Shown here: one piece after another, positions 40,629 to 54,500 of the stretch
Numbering within the stretch: position 1 is the stretch's first letter
Layout of the letters: each line of letters opens with the position of its first letter
Assembly (NCBI GenBank): GCA_043228905.1
Contig: JBHGNT010000010.1
Location: 682,001 to 746,000 of the forward strand
DNA: 64,000 nt
Reading direction: 5' to 3'
From: Azolla caroliniana
Lineage: Eukaryota; Plantae; Polypodiophyta
Made by a program: the position numbers and the translations under genes
The notes under the pieces: model-generated
Database searches by the model: none
What the model saw: only the letters and a program-made list of their open reading frames with translations
Told to the model about the DNA's origin: nothing

Positions 40629-43600
40629 ATGAAAAGCGCTAGTGCAACAGATGAAACTGGTAATAATCAAGTACATTGGGCAGGATTGAAGAACTTATTG
40701 TCAAGTAATGAGAAGAGTACCTGCAGATCGGAGAATGATTCAAACCAGTTGCAATCGGAACTCTTGGATATGATAATGAAGCAAGAAAGGGCATGTGAAA
40801 ATTGTGAGGCTGCTGTAGAGGAACTAGAAAGGCATCTAAAGTTGCTCAAAGTGTCAGTTTCTATGGAAGCAATAGCGTTGCTTCAAGAGACCCTAGATAA
40901 TAATGAGACAGAAATCGGTGAAGATGAGACCCACAGATGTATTTGTGTTTCAACAGTTTTTGATGATAAAACCAGCGGCATTATGTATAGGACACATGCT
41001 CTTACGCATGGAAACTATGGGTTTGATATCATGCCTTTCCATACAAGGGAAGGACAAGATGTGAAGGACCTTGAAATAAGAAGAGTCAAGTCAGAGCTGC
41101 AAAGAAGGAAGCTGGAAATACAACAACGACCGCATGCTGATTTGAGAAGGCTACTGTCTTTAGTATCTCGAGAAGAAAGAAGCATCATCTCTGATAAATT
41201 TGTTGATAAGGTATTGGCATTCTTATCTAGTTTTATGTCAAATGCTTCTGCAGAATTTGTAAGATATGTTTGGGAATGATACAGCTTAATACAAGTTCTC
41301 AACATGCAAGAGACCACCTCCATGATCACACTCAATTGTTGAAGGTCGTAGATTCAAATAAAGACACTGTAGCTTCAGCTGAGGATATTAATAGCTTGGT
41401 AAACAAACCCAAAGAAGAAATCAAAAGAAGTTTGGTTTCAACTGTACGTATAGAAGCATTGCAAGAGGATGCCGTAGCATTAGGAAGAGGAGACAGTGAG
41501 AAGGATCTGCCATCACCTCCATATTTGGAAAGGTCAGTTTCCAACTCGATGACTACCACATTCTAGATCTGTTTTGCATTGTTGATATCTAATGTGGTGC
41601 CTTCTTTTGCATGGACATGTGGGCTACTTGTCAACCAGCTCCTTTCCATCTCCTGAAATTTTAAGAAGCTCCAATAAGCTTCAGGAAACCATCAACGCAT
41701 GCTTGTTATCCATGCGAAACCTATGCAACACCATTAAATCCCATAGTATACAGAATAATGCTTCAACCGTTATTGATGAAGGGGCAATAGAAGGTTACAT
41801 ATATGTGAGCTAGTTTAATTGGGATTTGGCACATGTACCAATGCTCATTGTGCTATTATTGATGTGTGCAGATGAGCTTTCCATTTTGGAAGAAACAATC
41901 ATCAAATTGAAGGAAATTTGTGAGGAACCTGGTAATCAAGCAATTTCTGGCATTATGAACCACCAAATAGATTGTGAAAAAGTAAGTGCTCGTTTTTAAA
42001 CAATGATTTAAAAATTCTGACATGACTCATGAATTTAAATGTCAAACATAAATTTAGAGGATTAAACTTCAGATAATTTAGTCTTAGCTGCTGAACTTCC
42101 ACCAGTTAAGCATTTTTCAGTTTCACATATAATTATTTGGCACATACTAGTCCCCTGGCATGGTTCTATCGACCATGTAGGTTTCTCAGAATGAGAAACC
42201 CCTTTTCAAGTCTCTTAGACTACCCACAAAATGAGGAGGAGAGAAACCAAGAACATTGTTCCAAATCTCTAACAAAGAAGATGAGTCCATGCAGGAATGT
42301 ACTGAAACTGTGAAATAAAGGAAATTACAGCAGCCAAAAAATAATAGAAGCATCAGATTTCTTGTGTTTCTGCCAGGCATTGTTTTTATCAAAGGATACA
42401 TAAGAAAACTCAAATTTACAATTACTTCTAATGATTTTTTCGATAGAAACACATAACATAGTGCCATGGATTTGAGCCGTCAGTATCTTTCGGCATCCCT
42501 ACAGTCAAGTTGTTATCACATTTAAGTTCTGATAATCGAATAATTGTATTACTCAATGCTTCCATCGGTGGCATTTACTGTAAGAAGGAAAAAAGCCTGC
42601 TTTGTGTGCCTATATCCACGCAAAACTCACACTAGAATGCCCAAAAGAATGAAACTTGAAGAAGGCAGTTTGCTCAGCTGTTAATTTTTTAGGAACTGAG
42701 ATATTAAACTTTGGGGAATGACTCTTTGAATTATAGCCACAATTCACAAAACCATATATAACTACCTGACATGTATATGGTCAAAGGGTTCCTATATTAA
42801 ATCTTTAGGCCAGCTTTCATGAGATGATTGATGTGTAGGCTATGAACTTGTGTTGATAATATATGTTGTGTTTTATTGTGTGTGTGGAGCACAAGTTAAG
42901 GGGATGTGAATTTTAAATTTAGAAAGGTTGATTGCCATATGCTGGAACATCTGATTGTATAGTCCTTTTCTTTCAACTATATATTTGTGTTAGTAGGTAT
43001 CCAACTCCATGCTTATTTTTCTGTCTCTGCTCTGTGTTCAGCTTTGTTTGCTAAGGTTATTCATCTGATTATTACCAAAAACAATGCTTGAACATTAGTT
43101 CAATCCATATTTCCTGAGCACAGAGATGGATGACATTATATTTTGGGATGCGTAGTGTCCACCTTCATAATCAAAACCTGACTCATCATTTTTCTGCAGC
43201 TAGGATGTCCAAACATCATCAATGGAATAATTCAACATGCCCAGGTCGAGTGCAAGATCACAGCCTTACAGTCTGCATGCATAGAGAAAGATAAGAAAAT
43301 TGAGGATCTTGAAAGTTGGATACGAGCTATATTAAAGGACAAAGAAAGTGTTATGAATGAGAAGTATGAGCTTGCTTCAGTAGTTAGGGAGATGTATATG
43401 GATGCTGAAAAACAAAGGCAACGAATTGATGAAATCCTTAATTTGAATGAAGAGCTTTTAGAATTTTCACAGACAAAGGAAGACAAGGTAAACTCACCAT
43501 CTCCTTTTTGTCGTGACCTACATTTTTCATTTACATAGTATGTCAAATATTCATTTTTCTTGGTTAACAATAAATTCAAACGTGGGCAGCTAAAATTGCT

Positions 43601-44102
43601 GAATACAAAGATGGAAAGCTATCGGAAACGTTTGAAAGATGCAGAAGAGGAGAATATTAGTTTATCACAGAAGGTGACAGCACAGAAGAGAACCTTGAGG
43701 GATATGAAACAAGACCATGAAAGTTTGAGGAATGGATACGAAATTTTGAAGTTGAATTTGGCATGGGCAGAGTTTCAACGACGACAACAAAAGGCTGCAT
43801 TGGAAACAGTAACATCTCATTTACACTTGTACAAAGAGTACTCTCAGGACACAGTTTGTGATGATGAGCCAAACCACATGAGTGCCTATCGACAAAAGCA
43901 ATTGAGAAGGTTCATAGATGACCTAGAGGAAAAATTACTCGTCATGGAAACTGAGGTTTCAAAAGCCATCAGAGAGATGCCCGTAAGGAAGAAGTTATCA
44001 AACACTAATGATGGAGTGTTAGAGTTTTGTTGGCACACGTCTTATAACTTGGTAGATGATCACCCTGTCAAAATTTTTGAGAACAGAACAATGGCTGACT
44101 GA
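40629..44102 (+). CDS. Uncharacterised coiled-coil protein (~630 aa); exons 40629-41210, 41285-41532, 41639-41793, 41872-41981, 43200-43487, 43590-44102 (true 5' start uncertain)
   Basis: Six GT-AG-bounded segments join in compatible phases into one ORF rich in E/K/L/Q heptads (e.g. CEAAVEELERHLKLLK, LQSACIEKDKKIEDLE, YRKRLKDAEEENISLSQKV). No family recognised. Confidence 0.6.
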
Positions 44103-46561
44103 CTTCAAAACATGGGGCATTCACTCCAGCTTAATAAGGCACAGAGTTTATAGGTGACCCAGAGGGAAGCAGAGAGTCGAAATTCTCGAAACCCATCTAA
44201 TATTCTAAGGATAATTGATGTATTCCGAGGAAGAGGTCAAAAAGCAACGAATTCAAGCGTTTCATTTGAAACTCTATGATTCCCAAACTGGAGATGAGAG
44301 TTTATGTTTGATTTTTTTCATTATATTTTAAGGCTGATGAAGTGAAGTTGATTTCTTACAAATTTGAAAGTAGTTATCAATTTCCTGTAAAAATCCAAAG
44401 TTTTGAACCTGTCCTATTTATAACTTATAATATATATATATATATACATATCCTGCCTTACGATGATTCTTCTGTTCTCTAACCAGATGGACGAGTGGGT
44501 CAAAAGCTTCAGCATAATTATAAGTGGAGTGTTCGTTATGTGCGACAAAAACATGATTATTAAGCACAAATATTGAACCCATGATAGAGGGTATATGTCT
44601 GTAGGCATGTTTGTTTTATGATGTTGCTCATCGTCAATGCTCCATAAAAGTTTGAATGGTTGCGTTGTCCTCTTCTTTTCTCAATTATGAAATGGGCAAT
44701 CATTTCAAATTTAGCATTTGCGTCCTTCTAAAAGCAAATTCCAAATAACATTACCACAATCCATTGCACGAAAAATGATGCCAAGGGCACCTTATGTCCT
44801 TTGAATCAAGTATCTTTTTGTAGAAAGCCATATCGAGTTTTTAGAAATTCTTTGCCACATGAATGCCAAAAGGCAAATATATATTCCTAGAATGCCTCAT
44901 CAATATTTTACAAATACTATGCCACCTTGTGAAAGTATGACAATGACTTAATATGAACCATCCACATGAAGCCCCATTATTACATACCTTTTTTTATTGC
45001 CTCATCATACCACCCCTTTGGGAATTGTGATGAGCCTCCCCGACATAAGATTTCGTTGCATGATCCAAATGTCAACATACATTTTGCCTGTAATTCCACC
45101 ATTCTCAAATGGCAATGAACTAAGCACCTAAATATCACACATTTGAAACCATTGTCTTTCTCAAATGGTAGTTGTGCTTAAGGAATTTCTTGATGGTGCT
45201 AGGCCACCACATGTATTCTAAGTGGATGTCAACCCCCAGTTCGTTGCCTATCAGAATATCAAATGTCATCTTTGTCAATTGGTTTATAATGTAATCAAAC
45301 CACATAAGTAAATATGAGTACATTTAACTTCCATGTGCATATTCTGAATGTAACTTGAGACGCATACAAAATTGATTGCGAAATGGGATGTGCTCCATAA
45401 CATCTACACATGAGCATACATTAGATTTGAAGTGCCATGTTGGTCATTTTTTATAAAAGATGCTTTTGTGACGTGAAACATGAATGGTCACTTATTGTTA
45501 TAAGCGCATTTGACAATGCATTCATATTCGAATTGTGGAGGTAATTAGACATGTAAAATTCATTCATAAGGGCCAAGGAGAGGAATCCACACACATTACT
45601 AAACCCAACGAAAGGTGTGTAGCATTTCAATACGTTTTAATGCGTTGGGGGTGAGATCAAGGGTTCAACCATGGACAATCTCAATGACGAATGTGTTCAA
45701 TTGGGAGATCTCAAAGTTGGTGAGAGGAGACAATAGGAAAGGATGTGATGCAAGCAATGATGCCACAAAGTTGCATAAGGAACTGAAACCCATAAGTGGA
45801 AAAAGGAAACGACATGGCAAGTGACTAACCGGAAAGAGGTTGGCCCCTGACACTATTCTGCAACTTTATAGGGAGATGGATGGGAACATCGATTGGGATA
45901 GAGAGAGAGATGTCTTCTAAGACCAAATCTGGCCTATGAGACAATTGGTTTACAATAAATGGGGCGTGTACCCAATCATCGAAAAAAAAAACAGCTTAGA
46001 TAAAAGAGTTCTAATATTGTACAAAACGTGCTATGCTTTAACATATTCTATAAAGGAAATGCTCTGAGCTAGGCCTAGTTTCATTTCCATCCAAGTCTCT
46101 CGAAAAGGAGCAGGAGATCAAAGGGTTTCAATGTGGGTGTGGCCCATGGCCCCAATGTAAAAGATACCCCAACCATACCTTGTAGGTGGTGTAACTCACG
46201 TTACCTTATCTTCTTAATTGCTTCTATACCATGAGTTACTTTGAGGCCCAATATCCGAGGGCGTTTGGTTGTTCTTTGGGTTTTTGCTTTAGCAAAGAAG
46301 AAGCCTAGTGGTGCAACTGTGTCCGCATTCATCGTCTCCCCTTTCCTTCAAAATTTTCTTTAGTTACATGTTGGTGAATATTAGAAAGGTTATGGTTAAC
46401 ATTTTGTAGCTTATTCTCCCTATGTTGTTTTAGTTCTAAGATATATCTACCTAGTTTCTGTCACGGACGCACCAACCGTGGACTAGGACGAAGCACAGAT
46501 GATGGGGCTACTGGGAACGACACAAGAGAATGAAGACGGAAATGAAGGAGACAAGAACAAG

Positions 46562-47125
46562 GCTGGAACACCAACGGACGTGAGCGACCATGTGCCGTCC
46601 TTGCCGGAGACTAGAACACCGACGGGCGTGAGCGACCATGTGCGATTCTCACTGGAGACTAGGACACTGACGGACGTGAGCGACCATGTGCGGTCCGCAT
46701 CGGGAACACGAACGGGAGTGGACGACCATGTGCAGTTCTCACCGAGAACTGGAACATGAACGAGCGTGAGTGACCATGTGCGGCCCTCACTGGGAATTAA
46801 AACGTGAGCGACCATGGGTAGTCCTCACTAGGAATTGGAATTGGAACACGAACGAGTGTGAGCGACCATTGCGGTCCTCACCGGTAATTGGAACACTGAC
46901 GGACGTGAGCGACCATGTGCGGTCTGCATCGGGAACACGAACGGGAGTGGACAACCATGTGCAGTTCTCACCGAGAACTAGAACATGAACGAGCGTGAGT
47001 AACCATGTGCGGCCCTCACTGGGAACTAAAACGCGAGCGACCATGGGTAGTCCTCACCAGGAATTGGAATTGGAACACGAACGAGTGTGAGCGACCATTG
47101 CGGTCCTCACCGGTAACTAGAACAA
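46562..47125. repeat. Tandem array of about 12 degenerate ~48-bp units (core GTGAGCGACCATGTGC) with a 229-bp higher-order duplication; probably part of an LTR-element end starting TGTCACG near 46459
   Basis: Core motif recurs every 38-54 bp; the block starting at 46664 is repeated at 46893; a further ~135-bp-period repeat lies at 47247/47382. Confidence 0.85.
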
Positions 47126-47739
47126 TAACAAGTGAAGGAGTGCAGGTGAAGCAATCAACTCGACTTCTTCTATCATGAGAGGGTAAATAGTCGAGGTTGA
47201 TCCAAAACATGGGACAAACGGTAGCAATAGAGAAATTGACGCGATACCCACCAGGAAAGTGAGTTGTTGTGACCCCCACCAGAACTAGAAGGTGAGCGAT
47301 CAAAATCGATCCTCGCAAAAGAAAGTAGAGGGCAATGTGGACCAAAATGAAAATGGAGTGCAAGTGAGCAATGATTCGATCCCCACCAGGAAAGTGAGCG
47401 GTTGTAACCCCCACCGGAACTGCAAAGGTGAATGATTGAAATCAATCCTCACCAAAATCATGATGCAAAATGATACCTATAGATGATGACAATGACAATG
47501 ATGATAATGAAAGACCAGGCAAAGTATTGTTGATGAGGATGAAGGTTGGGTGAAGTAGTGTTGATGAAGACAACAAGAGGTGCTGAAAAATGATGACGTC
47601 GAAGACAAGGCAATGAAGACGATGATGATAAGGTAGCGCCTTTAGAAGGAACGACTATGACTATGGTGACGATGGCGTCTCTAAAACCAAGGATGTTGAT
47701 GAGGGTAACTCTAGATGCAAGGATGACGACTAACAATCG

Positions 47740-47885
47740 GCAACGGTTCGGTTCAAGAGGGTCCAAACCGAACCGTTTAATTTTTTGAAACTTGAACTGA
47801 ACCACGAAACCATTAAACCAAACGATGAAACATTTTTCAAACTGTTAAACAATTAAAAACCGTAAAAGCTGTTAAGCCGTTAAGG
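47740..47885. mobile_element. MITE/hAT-like terminal fragment with AACCG motifs
   Basis: aacggttcggttc...aaaccgaaccgttt...aaaaccgtaaaagctgttaagccgttaa. Confidence 0.4.
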
Positions 47886-48110
47886 ATGTAAGTTGGAGTC
47901 GTGCATGTAAAGTGATACTCATCCTCTATCTCTATGGGATATAATCTACATATGCTTTCCTCTTTGGGGACTCTATTAGTACGATCATTCTCAATCTTAA
48001 GTTGGTGAGATGATATTCTAAGTTGTCCAACGACAACAGTTAATGCAGTTGATAAGAATGTATCTAGATATTTTGGTCGTGTAATAAAACGTAAGTTAGA
48101 GAAGTGCAAC
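47886..48110 (-). mobile_element. LINE ORF2 C-terminal fragment
   Basis: QLRISSHQLKIENDR...ESICRLYPIEIEDEYHFTC, homologous to the fragment at 5100-5230. Confidence 0.7.
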
Positions 48111-48532
48111 ATTTTATATGGTAGTGGCTGGTAGTGGCTCTATACTACGGAGAGAGATAGTGACCCGCCAGGGGGTATCGAGAGCATACACGTGGGTCGT
48201 GGGTGGGTAGGAAGAAATGAGAGACAACAAGAACAAGAAGAACAACAACAGTATGTATCAGTATGTATGTATGTAATAATATATGTAGACTGTATGTACA
48301 TAGTAGCAAACTCACTCAATCACTGCCTTCCCTTCCTCCCTCCCTCCTGTCTATCTGTCTGTCTGTCTGTATGTTTGTCTGTGTGTTGTGTTGTTCCTAT
48401 CGGCGACGATGATTTTCTCGCGCAGCACGCCATCCAGGTGAGGTGAGCTCGGGTTAAACCCCACCAATCCCCTCCTCTCACGCTCACGCCTGCGCTCAAC
48501 CTCACAAGATTGATCGGAAGTGGCCAATCACC

Positions 48533-51500
48533 ATGTTTACTCCAAACAGAAAGGCTTGGCCAGGATGGTCGCCATTGTCCACAGAGCCGAGAGAGAAAGG
48601 AAAGCTTTCTGTGCCCCTTGGTCCTAGCATCATCACAGATGGGAGAGAGCTGAGTCCCGTGAAAGGTCTCATTACATCACTCGAAGCTAACGGAACCTTT
48701 TCTGCTCAGCAGTCTGAAAGTGAAGTAGTTTGGGAGCGTTTCAAAGAAGCTGGTGCTCTGGACGAAGGATCCATCGCAATGAAGGATCGTTCATCATTAA
48801 TGGCACACATTTCCAAATTGGAATCTGAGGTACTCTCAACGCGTTTTATGTATTGTTTTCTTGCTGCTCTGGAGTTTGCTTAAGTTATGGCTTACGTGAA
48901 TTTGTGTGAATGCATGCAAATATGCATTGACAATACACTTATTACATCTCATAGACTTGCTACGGAGCTTCTGTACATCAAAATTCGTGACTCTATTTGA
49001 CATTTAACTATAATCCTACAATCAAATTGTCATTCTGCCAAAATGTCTTTGGACTACTGATGAATTTCAGTACTTGTGATCAGTTTGTAACCCTACAGTG
49101 AAAGTGAAATTGTCGTTCTGCCCAAATAAGTCCTGGCATTACAATTTATGTGAGGATTGAAACCATATGTGTAGAATAGAATAGCTGTTTTATCGTCCAT
49201 GATGAGGCCAATTTTGACCTATGGGACCAAATCAACATATCAGGTTGTATGTGACTCCTTCTTAAGAAGGGGGTTTTTACTACTATATATTGAAAACTCT
49301 CTACGTGAAAATAATGCACTTACATATGTGCTCAACCTTCTTGGTGAACATTTGAGAATGACACATTACTCATGCCTGTCTAACAAGTCATCATATTTCT
49401 CACGACTTACCTTATACATTGAGCATGTGATCAATAAGTGATATTCATCTTACATACCTTACAGTGTTTCATTGCATGTGATTCTCAAACATATAATGAC
49501 AATTCCAATTCAATTAAGGTCTAGACTCATAGCATACACTCCATCTATTTGTGGATGGGACCTAACTTGCTCATACAATCATGCTACAACTGCTCTATAC
49601 TTTAATAGCATTCCAATCTCTATCATTCTTTCCCAATGCTCACTCCTTGATCTTGATAATGTATTAATGGCTTTCTTGAAGTTCACAAAACAACAATATA
49701 GCTTTTTCCCTTGATCCAACTTTCTCCATGATAACTCTTAGTGTAACCAAATGATCGATACTTGAATGTAGTGATCTAAAGCCTACTTGACCAAGTGCTC
49801 GTTTGTGATGATGGTCAGCCCATGAGCTAATCTTTTGTTCCATGATAGTGCTATATAACTTGGCCATAAGTGGGCTAACCATGATATTTTGATACCAAAT
49901 TTTTATCTTCTCCTTTATGGACTGGTTTAATCCAATTCATGAGCCATATTCTAATAAACCCTATGTGATAGCTTGATCCATGTTATTTGCTATCCATTGA
50001 CAAGTTTGTGGTCTAGTCCATTTTCCGCTCACTTGTCATTAAAGTTGCATCTGCCAGTTTTCCATTAGATATATTTTTTGCCTCTCTATTATTATCTTCA
50101 ATAGACACACATACCTTATATGGTGTTTCAATACTCAATGTCATAGGCATTGTCTGATCATACATATAAAGCTTAAGTACATATTTTTCCATCTCCTCAT
50201 CAATGAATTTTCCAATTATATCTTCCTTTTTTCCCCTGAGTTGTCTCCATGCGAACTTTGGTTCGAGTTTAAACTTTTATGTTTTTTTTTTTTCTTGCAT
50301 TTGATAGTATTGCCTCTTCTTCCTCTTCACCATTCTTCAACATTGATACAAGGTCAGGGCTATCTCATTTTTATCTTTTGTGAGCTTGTACATTTTGAGT
50401 CTAGCCTTGCATCCTCCATCAAACCAAGCATTGCATGGGAAACTATTAGCATTCCAGGTCCACCTACACGTGCGGTAAAAATATTGATATCCTACCTTGA
50501 GAATGCCATCCTTCAATCGCGCCCAATTTGTTTTCACATCTTTACTAAGGGAGAGGTTCATGACATACTCTCGTAAACCTCATTCACATATAGATTGCCG
50601 TTTCTGTAGCAAGGTCACATAATGTACCTCTTTTCCTTTGTACTCTAATGCATTGGTCAGTGTGTGAGTTAATAGCCTGGCAAAGAGAAGATGCATGGTT
50701 TTGAAGCAAAATGCAATGTGAGGTAATAACCTGGCAAAGAGAAGGTGCCTGCTTTTGAAATAAAGTGCAAACTTCAATGAGTTGAAAGCCAGAAACACGG
50801 ACTGGGGAGATGACACCATATTTGGTAGGTTTATGTGCATTCGGGTCAATAAAGAGTAGCTGCATGCCATAAAGGTTGCAAGGATCATGAGAACAGAGCA
50901 CCAACACATCTGTTCAGTTATTCATGAACAGATGATAGCCATGAATTTGCGTCACAGCAGCTCACTATGTAGGAAGCAGTTTGTGATCGTGGTTATGAAG
51001 TGCAGTACAGAGATAGACAGTATGGATGTGGTGGAAATTGCCAGAAGCTGGCAGTTTGGACAATGTTGGGGATGACAACCTTGAACATTCTGGCAGTGAT
51101 AATGTTAATGTGAGGTTCTGTCTGAGGCATTATTAACCTGTTAGAAGCTCTGATTATAAGGTACTCTTCGTCAGAAACACACAAGGCTTCTTAGACAGGA
51201 TTGTCAAATATCAGTGGAAACAGATAGACTGGAACCTGGTGGCAATGGATTCCTGGAGAAATGGCAGGACGACTTTTGCACCCAAGGGTTGGCTGAGCAA
51301 AAGAGAGAATAACCTGTAAGGAGTGGAAGCAGACAGAATTTACACTGGCTGAGAGAATAAACATGGAAGGGTGACATACAGCTCTTGACTTCTGTTCAAT
51401 AATTGATGATAAATTATGCAAACTCATCAGAGAAAGAACCTTTTTGTTTGTTTTGATCATTATTGAGTTATAGATTGGATTCTTAGATCGATGTTCTTTG

Positions 51501-54500
51501 TTTGGTGATTTTTGTAAATCCATGAACTTTGAAACAGATTTATTAGGACACTTTCAAATTTTTTGACTTTGGTCGATTATGTTAGATAGAATGCATGCCA
51601 AGGAACACATGCTTCTATAGTTTTATGTATCATGCAAGGTAGTGAAAATGTGCCATACAACAGGAGAAGAGATAATCGAAGTCTTATACACTGCTTCCTT
51701 AAGATCTCTCTTTGTCTTCTGTCATTCTCGTTTTTAAGAAATTTGGAAGACTTCGTAAACATTCTTCCTCTGAGAAAATTGGAGGTTTTGAGTGTAGCAT
51801 TTTATTTTACTTCTCTCATACAATGAAATATTTGGTAGATTGTTTGTATAAAGACATATGTCTATTGTAAACCATGGGAGAAAGATTTGCATTTCCTTCG
51901 AAATTTCAATGTTGTGGGGCAGCTGGAGCTTTTGAGGAATGCCATATGCACTCCCAATAATGTTCTTTTATTGAGGAATTTGAAAAATGAACGCTCTATT
52001 TTTTAGTATTACATGTTCATCGCGTTATAAAGCGCTTTATTTTCCACATGCGTATAATTGTTATGCTTAATATATGATTGCAAAGTGTCAAGGATCATTT
52101 TATTGATATTGATACAGCTTTATGACTATCAATATAATATGGGGCTTCTACTCATGGAACGTAAAGAGTGGGGCTCAAAAATGGAGAAATTGAAAGCTTC
52201 CGCTCAAGATGCCGAAGAAAACCTAAGAAGAGAGCTTGCAGCCCACCTTATAGCTATCTCTGAAGCTGAAAAACGAGAAGAGGCCTTAAAGATGGCCATT
52301 GGACTTGAAAGACAATGTGTATATGATGTGAGTCTCTTCCTTTTGTTCAAATGGATATGAATTTCAAGTAGATCTCAATTTGTAGTTGCCTCCCTTTTGT
52401 ACACCTAATTTTTATATTATATTCTACTCAGCTTGAGAAGGTTGTGAAAAACATGAGGGCTGAGTCTGAAGAATTAAGGCATCTGGCTGGAAATAAACTA
52501 AATGAGGCACAAGAGCTGATTTCTGGTACGACCGAGAAGGCATTACAAGCAGAGTCAAAGCTGCACGCTGCAGATGTTCTCCTGGCAGAGCTGAGCCGCA
52601 AGCAAGGGATTGCAGACAGAAAGCTACAGGATGCTGAAGCACAGGAAGCCATTTTAAGAAGGGAAAGGCTGGCATTTAAGGCTCAGTAAGTTGCTAGTTG
52701 GCCTATATACTTGCTAAGTCTGTGCAGTTTTATGTATCATACATACATAGACATGGGATAACCATATATGATTTGACAATTTACTTGCTAAGTCTATGCA
52801 GTTTTATGTATCATAACAATGAGTTGCTACGATTTTAAATTGTGAAAATTGAGACGGAAGAGAATTTAAAGAAGACCCTGGCAGGGTGAGGAGATATGCG
52901 ATATGCTTTTCAACTTGGCCAATGTTTTGTCTGGCCTAGTTTAATAGGAGCTGTGGACCAGTCTGTACTCTATTGTATATGATATGAAACACGATCTTCA
53001 CTAGTGACCATCACTGAATGTAACCTGTTGTCTCCCATATTGTTGTATATGCTGTGAACACTCCTATATGCTCAGTCAGACATTCTGTAAATAGAAATCA
53101 GGAGGATCAGTGAATATTGCAGTTTGTGTGTCTTATAACTTGTGATATGCTAGAAATAGAGGAATAAATTATTCTAGTAACGGAGCTCGTGATGCTATAA
53201 GAGGCTGCTTTCAGAAGTTAATGATGTTGAAAGAAACTTGATCTTAGACAGCTAATATTATCCCTTTTAATGGAATAAAGTATGGACGGCTCTTTGTTTG
53301 TAATATTTCAGTTCCCATTTTTGGTCCTTGTATCTTTCCATTTCTTGTAGCATTTTTCCAGAAAGGTTATTTGCTTGAACATATGTACTGCGATATAACC
53401 TTCATAGGATATATTTAACCAATTATTGAATAACTTGCATGGGTCATTCATAATAAACGTTTTATCAAATATGTGAATGCAAAAGTTATGATTTTTAAAT
53501 TTAGGCAAGAAGCTAATGAAGAGGAGCTGAATCGTCAGAGACAGAGCTTGCATGAATGGGAGAAAAAACTGCAAGACGGCCAGTCCAGACTACTAGAAGG
53601 GCAGAAACTACTTAATCAGACGGAGGATGTTACAAATAAAAAGGAGTGTGCTCTGAAGAAAATGGAAATTGATTTGTTAGCAATGAAACAGCAAATTGAG
53701 ACTGAGCGCTCCTTACTCCAGCAGTCAGAAGCTGATCGTATGTCAAAGATTTCTGGTTTGGCAATTAGGGAAGAGGTGAGTGTGTAAGCATCTGGTAAAA
53801 TATCCACTTGGAGGCCTGGCAACTAATGCTGATAATATGTTTCTGAATGAGTCAGATTGCTGTCAAGAATGAGATTGCACTGGCAAAGAAAGAACAAGAA
53901 TTGCTACTGCTTCAAGAAAAAATTTCCAGCAGAGAACGTGTAAGATATCATGGATAAATTCTAATAGTCCTATTAACTGCAGAATCTCCATTTTATCTGA
54001 TGGCCTTAATCTATGCTGAGAAAGCATATGCATCATTACATCCATAGACGAAATCACCAGATTGGATTGTAGTCAAATTTAGCTTATGGCGAATCATTCT
54101 TTTAACTAACTAATCACATCTAACATGTAACATTGACCTTATTAGATAATTTTATATTTAAGATGTTTGAGGAAACCAAGTTTTCTATCTTATTTGGTGT
54201 GTGACATAGCTCTTGTTATTTTTATTTGCAGTTACTAGAGCAGCATCAGGAGCATGTGAAGGCAACTGAAATTCTTGTTTCAAAGGAAAGAGAACGTGTA
54301 GAAGTTTTAGAGAATGCAGTAAAGCAAAGAGAAGCAGCATTGCCTGAGAAACACCAAAATTTGGTAAGTCCTAATTAGTTGATTAAAATTCTTTATTGAT
54401 GTTTTTAGCTCCTTTTAGAGTGAAAGTTTCAAGGGAAAACATGTGAGTGAGAGAATTAACTTGCACAGAATGTTTATAATTATAGTTGCTTACATTGATA

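Noticed and set aside
42232-44153. U-to-C RNA editing to repair the in-frame stops
   Set aside because: Such editing is established for fern/hornwort organelles, not nuclear mRNA, and every stop codon is trivially one C-T change from a sense codon.
44500-45700. Possible DNA-transposon transposase remnant
   Set aside because: No motif could be read with confidence in any frame.
46562-47125. CRISPR-like repeat/spacer appearance
   Set aside because: The 'spacers' are homologous to each other and duplicated in blocks, the repeats are degenerate, there are no cas genes, and the context is eukaryotic.
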